Part shown: positions 27,901 through 42,126 of the stretch, one piece after another | How positions within the stretch are numbered: position 1 is the stretch's first letter | Layout: each line of letters starts with the position of its first letter | Assembly (NCBI GenBank): GCA_903813345.2 | Contig: CAIIXF020000001.1 | Coordinates: 1,984,001 to 2,048,000, forward strand | Length of the DNA stretch: 64,000 bases | Direction of reading: 5' to 3' | Source of the DNA: Owenia fusiformis | Lineage: Eukaryota | Notes under the pieces: model-generated | The model's input: the letters and a program-made list of their open reading frames with translations, nothing else | What the model was told of the DNA's origin: nothing | Databases searched by the model: none | Program-made: the position numbers and the translations under genes

Positions 27901-30900
27901 AAGTTCGAATTTATGATAATTTTTTCTTAATTAGTTGACATTTTTGTCATAATATGACACTGGCCATGTTTATGACATAATTAACTCATCAGCAGAGTGT
28001 CATTATTAGAACTAATCTCATGTTTATTCTTGGTTTTCAGTAACTGCAACAATAGGTTTGTTTTTCATTTTGACATCATTAGGTTAACACCTCTATGTAG
28101 GTTTTATTAATGATGGAAATGGACCCGAATTCCAGTAATAAACACTTGTTATTCAATACTAACACAGGAGATTCAATAGCAGCTTTAACACAATAGACTC
28201 TATTCTCTCAACAAAGCGACAAAACATTCAGAACGAGGCAAAAATGAATTAGCCGATTACTAATCCTCATCATAGAAAATTGAATTTTTAAGTATTACAT
28301 AACAGTGTTAGGAATTCGTCCAATTAGTCGTAATTGATAGAGAAAAATGCCTCATCAGCGATGGTCAGGGAAATAAATAATTTTACGCATTATCCCTTAT
28401 GAGTAATTTCATTCTCATTTCGTTAAAAATCAATTTCGTGATGACTCTCTGAGTGTTTGTTGCAATATGAATAGTAGAACCGAAAAATTATATAATCGTT
28501 TGATTGGTTCAATTTAGTAATGTATTTCTGAGCGATTTCTCCAATTGTATTTGGTGTTTCTTGGCAACCGTTATGCTCTGAAGGATTATTAGACAGATTG
28601 TCAGCTAATAGAAGACTCGTTCAAAAATAATTATATCAAGAGCCAATGGTCCTATTTTGACAGGTTTTTCAAAAATAAGATTCAAACAAAAAAATATGTG
28701 AATGCTCATTATAGACTTATGTGTTATCATGATCAAGAAACAAGAATCACTGAGAATTTGTAAAAGTACAATGTATGTGTCATTGTAATTATAATCAATG
28801 TAATAAATGTTAATTACATATTTCGTCATTCTCTATAGATATTGTTTTCCCCTCAATAGAAGCACATTTTGACCACACGGCAGGAAGAAAAAATCAATTG
28901 AGCTGAGTTAACTAATTCAGGTTGGATTATAAATTTTTCCATTACATCAACAATTCTTATATAAGAGTATAGAATTTCTAGTCGCGGGGATATATTGTGC
29001 AAAAAGGGACAAATACATTCTGGTACCATGTTTGTACAGGAACAATTTCGTAGGCAAAAATCAATTGGTACAATGTCTATCGGTTAAGATTATGGCATGT
29101 AGAAATCATTATATTTTTCGAATTAAAACAAAGTTACATAACATGGTTGATATCTAGCCCAATGTACACACTTCATGATAGCGAACAAAAACACGTTGCT
29201 ATTTGGTAACCAAAATCTACTTAAGTGACCAACTCAAAAATCAATGTTCACTTTTCGTCTTGTTTGCATTAGACATCAGTGTTTTTATACATGGTGCAAT
29301 ATATCTTGGTATGATCCATTTTCTATAGAATTGAATAAACCCCAATGTCTCTAAATCTTACATTGAAAACATTCAATCGGACTTAAAACCATTCACCTGT
29401 CAATTCCAGTGCATTTATTTGGCTTTTTTACAAAATTGTATGTTTAATCAAGAACTTATCTTAATCTCGTTTGAAAATAGTTATTAAAAGCTGAAGCCAA
29501 GTAAAATATGTTGCACTTTTTTAACCTGTGAACTGTGTCAAATATAAAACACACCCAAGTTAGAAACTTGGTTATGTGTTATTTCAAGAGACCATGCTCA
29601 GTATCATCATTGAATTACCTTACATTTGTATTTTTTTAATAAAAACATTATACTTAATACAAAGCACTTTTGTTTGTTGTAATTTTGGTTTTCAACTTTT
29701 GGGGGCTTTTTGTTTTGTGAGTTGTAAATTATGCTAGATCACAAGTATCCTTCACATATGGTACCATCGATTCTGCCCCCCCCCCCCTACTCTGATTGTC
29801 CTGCTTCTTAGCTAATCAATGATGTCATAATGATAATGATATTTTATTAAATAATAATGAGTCATTATAACTCTAATATGAAATTTGCATCAAACCCTAT
29901 TTTCTCTCTAAAACAAAGATAGCGGGGGAGGGGGTATACTGATGTCCGGAGTTATTATGAGATACTGAGCTTTCTGTAAAGATGTAGATCAAATTATTAG
30001 AAAATTGGATTAAGGGTGAGATGAACAGTCTCGATGCAAGGATGTTTTACAAAGTACAATAGAACAGAATAGTTCGACTGATCCAACTGTTAATACACAA
30101 TCAGCAACATTCATTTCATTACATAACACCTACGTTGAATAAGTAAATATAAATTGTACATTTTATCAGAAAAATGATTGCGTTAATGTTACAAAGTCCA
30201 ATCAATAAAAGCGAACGGTACAATCAGTATGTAAATAATGAAAGCTGTTAACACAATACTTTATGGTGTGGTCAAAATGCAACACTCTACTGAGGTCCAT
30301 TGTTTAGTTACCTAAGATTAAAAATAGGATGTTTGTTGTTGAAGCTTTGTAATGGTACAGGGTACAAATTCATCAATTCTCTTGTTCACAAAATATTGGT
30401 GAAATGCATGTAGAGAAAGGAGAAAGAGACAGATGGGTCGGGTCGGGTCCCAAATGTTTTGGTGTGGGGTACTTGCATTCGGTGTCGTCTCAGTGATTGA
30501 ATCTGTTCTGTGACTGTATTTAACTTATCACCCCCTCCCACCTTAAGCACAATTTAAAGTGGTCTTTAAAAGTCTTCGTCCCTTTTGTGCAATTGATAAT
30601 TCTCAATGATTTTCAACAGTTTTATGTCACTCCTTTACGACCAGACTTCATATCAGGCTTTCAAAGGTTTTTGGATATATTTCCAAAGGGGGAGAAAAAA
30701 CTCTGATGTTTTTTATGGAATTGTGTTTTAGACTTGAATAGAATATATTAGACAGATACTGGGCATGATGGGATGGGTATGTAAAAAGGAAAAATATTAG
30801 ACAAACATTATACAGATGATAATTTCCCATTGGCCTGTATTGAGATATTTTTTGTCAAGACATTGTATTACCCCCCCCCCCCCCCCATTCTGTCTAAAAT

Positions 30901-33900
30901 AGGCAACTATTCTGAAAACAGAGGTTTGATGCATATTTAGTATTCTCTGCTTTGATAAGATAATGTGGGAGGGGGATATATTTTAACACATTGATTAATT
31001 AATTATTAGACAATAGTATTGAAAGTATTAGGAACACCTGTCTATTGCTTGCCCAATAAACAAGTAAATACAAAGGAATGAATGACACATTTACATAATC
31101 TCTTTAACGAAATATTTATTGTTGTAAATGTCACTCGATTGTTGTTATAGAACGCAATCTTGTTTATTTTACGTTCATACAGCTGGCTTTTTTGTCATTT
31201 CTTAAATGGTCATTAATGCCACATTGAGACTTACTTGCACTACTAATGTTTTTCCATATTGAGAATTTAATTTCTTCTAATGGAATGCCTTGTTGAATAA
31301 ATTCAATAAAATGCTATTGTTATTTTATATTTGGTCAAACGTTTTGATGAAAAGAATCACCATGGTCTTACAGTACATATTTTGATTGTGGCCGGTTTTT
31401 GTCTAATGAAAAAGAGAAATCTTATATAATCAACTTGAAATCCAAGTAAAATATTTACTTTATCCTGAGCCCCTCAAAAACTTCCTTTGAAATGGAACAA
31501 AATAACCCACTCAGATTTCTGTTTAAACAATGCGTTTATCCGTAGGTCTTAACAAATATTCAACCTTTTCTTAAGGCAGTAACAAAAAGCGTGATTATAT
31601 AAGCCTTTCTTCAGGGGTTTAAGAGATATTGGAAAGAAAAAGCCAAAATACATTAATGGAAAACCAATAAATCCGAAATATTTCATTGAATTTTTTCTAA
31701 TTTGTAGAAATAATCCATGTTTACCATTAAGCCCACTTTAAACCATTTTGATAAAGAGATTTAGAGATTAGAAAAAAATGGTATTCCGTGATTTGATGTT
31801 TGTAGTCATTGTGTATTTTCTAGAAAAATGACAAAAGTTTCCCACTAGCCTAAATATCAATATCCATTTCCTCGTAAACTAACAACTGGATTTGGTTTGG
31901 TAATTCTTAAAAATATAGAGCTTGAAAGACTGTAAAACGTGACATATACTCTGAAATATTAAATGTTTTACGATTTTTTGGTTTCTGTACAAAAAGGTGA
32001 TAACAACTGTAGTAATATCACAAATGTGATAATCCAATATTCCATTGATCCAAATGAAACTTCAACTTTAGTTTAACTTACTTATCTAAAATAGATTATA
32101 TTATGTTGGAAAATACAACAGAGAATGTAGATCTATAGTATTATAATAACTTATGTAAGAGTATTGAAAGGTGGTTGGGTTCATGTTTATTTTTTATTCA
32201 TACCTATGAGTTTGGTCATTGTAAAGGAAACCTTTCAAGTATCAAGTTTCTCTTTTCTACATGTGGGCATTGAGTGAACACATCAAGATTTCGTTGAGTG
32301 AATTTGAACAAAATTGAAAATATCCTGCTTTTGGTAAGTATTTATTTAGCTTTTGATTAGAAAAAATGATATTCTGGTTTTTACCTTGAATTAATTTCCA
32401 TTTACAAAATTGAGATGAGTTTTACTGAATCTTAAACTTGTATTATGTAAAAACTTTAAAAAACTTATATCTTTACTTTTGAACCTAAGTAGCACTTGGT
32501 TTCTTAGTTAATTATTTTGCATTTTCGGCAAAATCTGTTTAAATAAAACCTGAATGGCTTCCACCCATTCCACTAATTTGATTTTGCTCCCATAAAAGAG
32601 AGCTTCATGTACCTCAATATACAAGGTTCTGACACCATTGGTAAATGGCTTGATGGAATAAGTAATATCTTATATAACACAATATTTGTTTGGAAGAACT
32701 TGAGTCTGTTTCGCAATTTAGAAAAATCTATTTTAACCAAATATAAAAATGTGAAAAATATTAACCATTTTGTTAATTATTAATGAATAATAATCTTGGA
32801 AATAACATTAAAATTCTAATTATTCAGATCTACCTTTAGTTAGATATGTACTTCATCAATTATTTGCAATTATGATCAGTAGTGATCAAAAGAGCCACTT
32901 CTATTAACATGCTATAGCATGTGTTTTCCTGGTCTTCAAGTCAAAACATTTCATCAGGTACCTTATGACAGGATGCAAAAAGTGAAACATTTGAAAACAC
33001 AACAAATAGTTGAAAATCTGGTATAATATTAACATGGCTAAAGATGATAGTTGATTGTATAGCTAGGAATTAACACAGGTGTGACTGTTTTTGCATAGCA
33101 AAGATTAATGTAGACATTTTTCTATTTTTTCCTGACAGGCTATGAGCCAACTGTCTTGTTTAAGTTTAGGTTAGCAGTTGTAGGCAACATCTAGACAAAG
33201 AGGGGTCAGTTCTCTTTCAATTTCCTTTTCAAAAAGACCACATTTGTTAAAACCAATTTGACCATTCAGTGTTGTTACAATAGTTGCAAGAATTATACAA
33301 TGGATTGAATGAATAGTTTGGTAAAAAGCATACAGGGGTGATGTGATGTGGAAAGTTTATGTTGAATAGAGATGGTATAAAAATAACAACTCAAGCAAAA
33401 ATCTTTATAAAAAGTTCATAACCTTCTGAATGTGTTTTATCCCTCCGGATGGTTGGTTATGTAATTTTTTGACATGTTTGTAATAAATTTTTTATGACTG
33501 GGTGGGCCGGGATAAAGGATGTCAGAAATTGGTAAAAATGAATCAAATATTCAAATAAAATTATGTTCTTGATTTTCAACCTGAATGGAATGTGATGTAT
33601 TAAAAAGCAATATAAATGTACATGTTGCAGTATAGAGAGTTGAGCTTGCAGTAGAAAAGTAAATATGTTTTTAATAATTTATCTTTTATTTTATAATTTC
33701 AATTCAGATTATATATCACAAAATCATTTTTGAAGTTCTAATCAGAGAAAGTCAAAATTAATAGATAATAGTCATAGAACTAGCTTTTCAATTCAATGCA
33801 ACTATTTTTTACTACATTTTTATTTTTAAAGTACTTGTCAAAGAAAGTCAAAATGATTAGAGAATACATATAACTTAGAATAGGATTGGTCAAGGAATCG

Positions 33901-34702
33901 TTGCCAGGTGATGGAATGCCATGATTCAGCCTCTGCAACTTCAGTCTTATAGGAATCAAAATGTTCATGTATGTCAGAACATTCTAACCTTGAGAGTATA
34001 TGAGGGGGTTGTATAGCAATTTGTGTTTACAACTGTTTGGATTATTTTTCTTCAATTATCAAACATTCCATGAGGTCTTTGATTATACATCATACTGGTC
34101 AGTAATCAAATTATCATGGAAAAAGTGATTTACGTCCCATAAAAATTCGACAGATTTTTCTATCATTTGCTCTTTGCTGCAGATTGCCACCATGTTTTAG
34201 ATGTTTTCAGCATGCCTTTCTTAATTGTTTTGACCAGCTGATTTTTTTTATATCTTCCTGGCAAGAAATAGAAAATATTTACCATTGAAGATCCTTGGGT
34301 AGTGAACAACACTAACACAGGCTGTGTGTATACAAGGATGCTGAACAAAATCGTAACCTAATACAGGGAAACTCTTTGAATTATCCTGCTATGTAATACA
34401 TGCCATAGCATAGTGAATCAGGGTGGTAAAAACATGGACAAATTGTAAATAAACAAAGTGAATAATCGAAGAGGAAATGATAAAAATGATTCATTGAGCA
34501 ATTCCCACTGACCATTCTTATGACCTATTGGTTCTTTCCTACTTTCTTGATTGTATCAATTTTTTAGACATGTAGAAATTAGTAATGAGTGGAGAAAGAT
34601 AGGAATGACTCATTTAGTCTTATCAATAATATTGTATACTGTCTGTAATTACCATTACAAAATGCCACCTATTTTGATCATTATTTAGAAGAAGTAAAAA
34701 TA

Positions 34703-34751
34703 ATCAATAAGTCAATCAAACAAACAAACAATCAATTGATCAATCAATCAA
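34703..34751. repeat. (CAAT/CAAA)n microsatellite, imperfect
   Basis: tcaatcaaacaaacaaacaatcaattgatcaatcaatcaa. Confidence 0.7.
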
Positions 34752-37700
34752 AAGGAAGTTTTATTTTCTACACACGCCATCATGTTTAATATTCCCATGT
34801 GTCTTAGGCCTTGGGTACAGGAACACTTATCTCTGACCACTTATCCTTCAAACACAAGGCACATGTAGAAAAATCCTTCAAAAATCTGAGCACATACTTG
34901 ACCAAAGTCCCAACGGTTTATTACAAAATAGGGAGTGACCATGAGTGACCAAATATAGTATTTTGAGAGGGTTATCACGATAACCTACCAAAGTCATTCT
35001 CAATAACCAGGCATTTGTTTATCCTGCTTAATTTAACCTACTCTTATCTGTGTATATTGACTTTGCAAAACACTTCAACATAGCTGTAAAAATGACCAAG
35101 GCCTCTTGATAACATTTTCTAGATAATGAATTCTCTAAAACTGACCATTAACCCCTAGCATCCTGTTATCCAATATTAACCAAATAATTCCCATAATAAT
35201 TTTTTTTCATTTTCTTTTTTCATATCTGGTGCTGTTCCATGTTGAATGATCTCACTATGATGCTGTCTAACATTTACTCATTAGGTAAGCATAATTATTT
35301 ATTAACAATGTGTTCAATATTTTTATCATGTTTTAGGTCAAGCAAAAAAGACATGTTTAACCTTTGCGATGTTTTATTCTTATTTATACAAATTTATTCA
35401 TCAAATGGATAATAAGATAGCAATTTTCTCACCAAAAAATACATTTTTTATTCTTGTAGTACAAATACAGGGTGTTCTAAATTTATCCAGATAATATAAT
35501 AGTATTATGTTGTGTCACCCTGTATTTTGGAAACTACCAGGACTGTCAATGTTGCTAAGGAAATCAAGTTCAGATATCTCCCCTAGTTAGTTGATGCATG
35601 GAGATAAGAAGTGACCCTTATTGGCTGAAGTGTGGAGGATGAAGCTGGGTGGTAAGATAGGCATTCAAAAAACTCCAGACTGTCATAGAGCCAGAAAAGG
35701 CACATCTCTGATGACCATGCTCATGAGCATCATTTTAGTTTACAGTTTAGAGTAGATTACCTCAAAAGTAAGAAAGTATACAAATTCTTATTGGTCAATA
35801 TTTCTATATTTTAATTATATATTTCAACTTAGAGTATTAAAAATGAATTTTTTTTATTACTTTGGGATATGTGGGTAATTGTCTTTCTATTGTTATCAAG
35901 GTAGCTTAATTCATAATTATTGTGAGGCATCTGATAATCTTAAAATCTTGCCATGGTTAAATAGGATTTTATGCATCATTGTTGTCCATATGGCTAAACT
36001 AAAATGGCTGTATGACAGAACAGGGATTTGTAGCACTTCCTGTGAGTGGACCACCCTGTCCATCCATATCAGAGCTCTGCGTCTCTGCACTAACTGACCA
36101 ACAGACTGACCACTCATGCCTTACAGAAGGCACCGACCTCACAAATTTATTAACATTTTGGTAAGCACTAGACTTATACAGGGTCTTATTACAACAAAGC
36201 GATTCCAGAGTGCTAGATAAATCGTAGTATGATAAAACATTGAAAACTTGACCAGTAATTTATTTGCTCATTGAAAAAAGTCAAAAGTTCAGTGTCTACG
36301 TAAAACAGTACATAGTCTAAGAGATTGTGTATATAAATAAGTGTTGGAGGTTCAACTCTGGGTCAGTTATGGCTTCCCAAAAAAGATAAAAGCACTCAAA
36401 AAATAACTAAAATGTTCTGTAAAAAATATCCTACAAATGTTCCAGTCATAAATCCTTGTAAAACTCTTTAGTGTAACAGAATAAATGTCACGGTATACTG
36501 CCCCTTTCATTACGCTCATCAATCATAGAACTGGACAAAATGTATATCGAATATGTTTTATTACGATAATAAAGCATTAATAATAGATTATGAATTATTG
36601 GCTATAATATAAAGGGTCAGACCTTAGGCCCCATGGCCCTGGATTCTATGTAATGGGAGTTTTATTTGTTGATCCAAACAAACTTGGTATCTTAAAACAC
36701 TTCAAAACACTAACTACAAAACTACTTGATTTTTTTCTCATGTGTTGTCAACGCTTTATCAAAAGCTCTTGAAATAATCCTTAGTTCAAACAATAGAAAA
36801 GTTGGTAATTTTATCTTAGCTGGTGAGAAATTGTATTATTCCAGGACTGGTGGTCAAATAGAGTGTTTTGTTACCATTATATTCTAATGAAATGCTCACA
36901 CAGGAACATCAAGCGTATTGGAATTCAAAGACTTAAAAACATGATTAAAAAGATGAATATGGGGATGTGAAGGGAATTGTAGGATGTGATTGGGTTAGAC
37001 ACTTGGAGTTAGTTGACTCCTTCCTAAATGACTTAACTTGTATATGTGTCTCACATATGTTTAGACTTTCTCCTTCTATCATCATAAAATAGGAAACTAG
37101 ATAAGGGATCAAGGGTCACTGGTCAGGAATGCGATACTTAACCTTGGCTTTTTTAGCTCCCAATGGGTCAATTTATTTACCCCACATCTGGTGGATGTAG
37201 CTGTCTAGTTACAGGCGACATCCTCCATTCAACCGACAAAAAATGACCATTCCGCTTCATGGACATTGTATAACATACCAAATTCCTGCCAATGAAAAAT
37301 ATTAAAAATATGTCTCATAAAAAGAAATAAAAATATTTTCTGAAAGGATTTTAAAAAGCAGGTTGAAATTCATTTTGTAAAATCAACATTAAGATGGTGA
37401 TTTAGATCAGAATTGACAGGGTGTCCATTTGAACAAGTTATGGTATTTTATATGTACACATACAATCTATACAAAACTTACTTTTTTAGTGCACTTACCT
37501 ACCCATTCATTGCAGATTATATAATACTTTATTGATGTTTCTTTGGTGGTCCAAAACTTCAAAAATGCAACTAATGGGCACTGGGCAGAACAGAAAAATA
37601 GGTCCTTTGAAATTTATTTGCAAAAAACAAATAGTATCATTTAATAGACTTCCTGCCCTCTGGCAATAGATTTATATTTTAATTGATTTTTGTATACCAT

Positions 37701-40700
37701 GCGTGAATCGTATTAAAACTACATTAAACAGCTCCACAAAAAATATAAGGAAGAATGTTTTTAGTATTAAAGATTGGAGGATCTTGAATGGTTGGAATTT
37801 TTTAGGCAAAAAACATTGATGTAAAAAACATTGATGGATTTGATAGTCAATAAGAGGGAATCACAGGTCACGGGCACTTTACTTTAAGCTATCTGGGGGT
37901 CATGTCAAACTTTTACAAAAATTGTTTCCATTAATTAGAAATTGTAATAGAAAATCTCATATAATTTATAGTAATTTATATATAGATAAATCATGTCCGT
38001 ATGGACTACTTTTAAGAATTGAGAACCAAGTGATTTGATTGGTCCATTGGTCAGATTGAGATTGTTTTTTGATAGGCCCCCTGTGTTGCTATACTCATAT
38101 CTTAAGATTGAAGGGTGCCTAGCACTTACAAAACATTTAGCTAAATAAATATCATAAAAAATGGCCATTTTCTAGATAAACATTCACTGATGGCCAAGTT
38201 GAACTTTCCATAGAACCTCCTAACTTAGAAGTTTGTCATCTTTGAAAAGAACCAGTCCAAAAGCAAAGATAAACAATTCACAAAAATAAACAACAAGGCA
38301 TCCAAAGTATACAGCAACATCGTTAACTCGTTAGCAAATCTTGTTAGACATTTTTTTCTAAATAGAATTCACATGTTCATGCATTTGTGTTGTTTTCTAT
38401 TTACTTGTCAAAAAAATTCAGTATGCATACAAAACATCACCATCTATTATCATTTGAATGAATTGTAACATCGATCAAAAAATTAAACTCTGTGATTGTC
38501 CCTATTATTATTGATTTTATATTTGAATTTTAGTATTTTTTATACTTTAATATAATACAAATAAATTGTCGTCCAGAGCAGTGATTGGATGATTAATGGT
38601 GTTTCTATTTTCACTGTCTTAGCAGTTTAATTTCTAATGGAGAAGCAACCATGGAATCCAGTCTAAACATTTTCTCAGGAATTCAGTATCAATTGCCATG
38701 GATACTGACCAAAGCATCTGAACATCAGTAAACAAAATGATAGATCTTTTGGCCTGTTGTTTTTAATTTTCACCATCACTCTTCTTATTACATAACTGAC
38801 AGGTTTAATTTAGTGCCTTAAGTGATTTTGCATGTAAAAATGTGAAATGGAAACTGGTGAAAAATGTTGCCTTATATAATACAGGGCTTTTCATTTCATG
38901 GCTCAGAGAGACTTCTTCCATTAAAAATCTGAAGTGTTTTAATTACTCTGTAAAACTAGTAGCCATCTTATGTAACATATTTTCCTTGGTGAAATTTTCT
39001 AAGCTGGGTAGAAAATAACAGAAAGCAAATGTTACATAGGAATCCTTTTGCCCCTTTCTTGAGTTTCAATTTTAAAGGGAGCTTCGTCTAAAGAATATCA
39101 TTCTCCTAGATTTCTGGTTTATAGTCAGAGGCCTTATTTCTGGTGTAGATTCTGATAGAGAAAATATAATTTGATCTTTTTATTGTTCATATATGTGCTT
39201 AGTTATGTGTGTTGAAGAGGCCAGAGTTGCAGACAATATTATATTCTTTAACAGTGTATCAAAAATGTAAAAGACAACTGGCACATGGATTCTGTTCATT
39301 ATTACTTATACACTGTTATCTTTATCAGAAAAAGGACATTAACTTCTACTAATTAATGTCCTCTACTTGGACCATTAGGCCAGTCTGTCAAGTAAATATG
39401 TTTGAAAGGTTGCTAGTTGCAAATCTATGCATAAATCAATTTGCAACATGATTAAATAAGATATGCAGCTTGTGATAGATAGACTTTAAGTTACAGACTC
39501 TACTTAGAGTACATTATGAACAAGGGGTCTGCACTGCCACATTACATACTACTTTTAGGGTTGTATATTATTTAAAAATGCAGATGAGCTTCTTTATTTA
39601 GAATTTATCTTGAATTATTAAGTGATGGCTCAGTTTTTTTGTTTCAGTCTTACATCTCTGCGTCCCCTCCTCCACCCCCGGCCTCCACCTCCCCATTCAC
39701 TCCCTCTAATACTGGTTTTTGAAATATATATTATATAAGGGGGGGGGCAAAAGCTTGAAGCAAGACTAAGCAGTATTCAATTATTTTGACAATACTTATA
39801 CAACAGTCAGCTATATGATCAATGTTAGCCATAAAGATGAAAAAATGACTATTTCAGAAGATATTCAAAAGATGACCAGGGAGGTGAATAATGGGGGAGA
39901 CAGGGGTACTATTTTAATGGAGAATGTTGATGGGTAAATACTGGACATAAACAAACACCCACACAATCAGTGAATTGACTCATTAAATTCTTGTTTAGAG
40001 TGAAAAGATAATTGCAAAGTTCAAAAGTGATTCAGAGGGCATTCTGTCAGAAAAATATGTAATTTGTTTGAGACAAAACTCATTCATTAGTTGAGATTTC
40101 TTGCTTTAATTAAAACCAATCACCCTACAGAAGTAACTTTCTCTAAATACTGGTAATTAAGATGTATTGCAGCTGACCAGTCGAGGTCTTATTAGAAGTG
40201 ATCAATTTATTGTATTTAGAAGATACTTGAAAAACAGGGATATTGGTCTCCATATGGTTATGTAATAAGTCTGGGGATTATTGCTCAAAATACTGGAGTC
40301 TGCATAATCGGCTTAGCTTAATGTCAGAGTTGTATGCTATGTCCAGATTTTAATTGGTTTTATTATAGAGTGCTCATTTTTGCAGATTCTGTATGGCATT
40401 ATGTGAATATCAAATGACTTTTATATTTGATTTTTCTAATGGTGTTGTTTAGGAAGTTGGTTTTGATGGCTTGTTTTGTTTCTTGTTTTGTTTGGTGGCT
40501 TATTTTGTTTCATGTTTTAATGGGTTGTTTTGTTATATTTTAATAGTTATATATATACATTTTTATTATCCCTTTGTCTGCTAGTTTTGATGCTATACAT
40601 TAATCCTAAATTTTCTGTGCAGTTTTTATGCATTTTTGGGATTGTTGATAAGTAAATCTGTTTATTATTTGAGATTGTATTTTGTGGTTACCGCCAAGTA

Positions 40701-42091
40701 CTGCTATCACCAGAGAACGCCCACTTTTATTTGAACAGTGCACGTGTGAGAGGACCTTGCTTATATAATGTAGTATGGAAGTGAGTAATGTTATTTTTGA
40801 AGTGGAGGGATTTTGGGACATGTCTTTTAGTGTTCAGCAAACAATGAATTTACTTTGATTAAATATAAAATCCAACACAAACCAAAACAAATAAACAAAT
40901 AGAATTCATTGATAACGTGGTCATGAAAATAATGATAAATTAAGATAGGAGATGCCTATATTTATACACATGTCAATACATGTACGTCTTATGTAAAATT
41001 CACAAATAAAAAAATAAAGATTTGATTGTTGTCCAAAAAATAAATTGGTGAAAAATAATGTGACACATACATTTCGAGACATTATATTGAAACTAAAAAT
41101 TGAATGATTTAATTTTACAGGTGAATCGTGATTCACTATTTTTTCAATTTATTCACATCAGTTGGAGAATTTTGATTTAATTGAATATTTGGCAGGTGCC
41201 TAACTATTTGCTCCATCCATGTCCAATAATTGAAACTTTCACCATGTTTTTTATGACATGCTAAAATAAAAAACAGCTAATTAGACAATTTCTCATGCAA
41301 TGGAAAGTGCTGTTTTGGCTGTGTTTAAAAAGAAATATGCAGTTATGTAAGCTAACATAAAAAATACAATTCAATGCATGTGAATGAAAAAATAAAGCAT
41401 TTTTGTTATGTCTTTTTGAAGTTTTGTAATTGAAAATGATTGCCAATATAAATATTCTGTCTGATTGAAGATGATGATTAAGATTTAATTTTCTTGCTTG
41501 AACAGTGAGAAATAGAAGCGGAAGGGGAATATTATCTTTACATTTCTATTGATGTATGTTGCCGCCTTGTTTGCTATGTTTACATGGTGTTTTCTGAGAG
41601 CTCTCAAGGACGGGTCATACTGTTTTAACTGACCAGTCCCATTGGTCAGCTTATCTCACGTTCTCATAGATACTGAAATACAGGTTCAGGGCAGGTATTT
41701 ACGAAAACATTAAAACCAAAAGGATAAAAAATCATCTAAGGTGAAATTATTCATGTAGCCGAGGTCAGTTAATAGCAATGTAGCCCTGACGCTGAATTAA
41801 AATCCATGGGAAAATAATATAGAGAAATATGTCTATGAAACTAAAATATTTTTAGTTTTTACTGACTGAAGAGGTGTTATCAACAGAGCTTTTATACGTT
41901 TGTTGTAAAAAACATTGCCAGTGTTTGCGACAACTTCCAGCGTGAGAGACTCGCTGATTTCTGACCAACTAATTCATGATTAAAATTTGAAGAGGATTGA
42001 ATTGAACTGGACACTGTTGTGTTTCCATCGCTATAGCATCATCTTACGTAACATAGCAGGAAGCTGGGTTGCCATAGTGATCTGTAGAAAA

Positions 42092-42126
42092 ATGAGCAAG
42101 ATGAAGTTCATCTTAGAGAAATACAG
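42092..42126 (+). CDS. hb: Candidate alternative first coding exon of hb (MSKMKFILEKY-R)
   Basis: aaaATG at 42092, donor CAG|GTACGC at 42127, phase 2 in frame with the 58343 acceptor. It follows a CpG-containing block and precedes very AT-rich intron-like sequence. Confidence 0.35.

Noticed and set aside
8050-30015. Bicoid/Otx (TAATCC) site cluster like the fly hb P2 enhancer
   Set aside because: Sites are scattered singly at a frequency plausible for AT-rich DNA, with no tight cluster seen.
32261-32333. Coding first exon at donor TTG|GTAAGT (32334)
   Set aside because: The ATG frame hits TGA before the donor, and phase-2 joining creates TGA. At most it is a non-coding exon.
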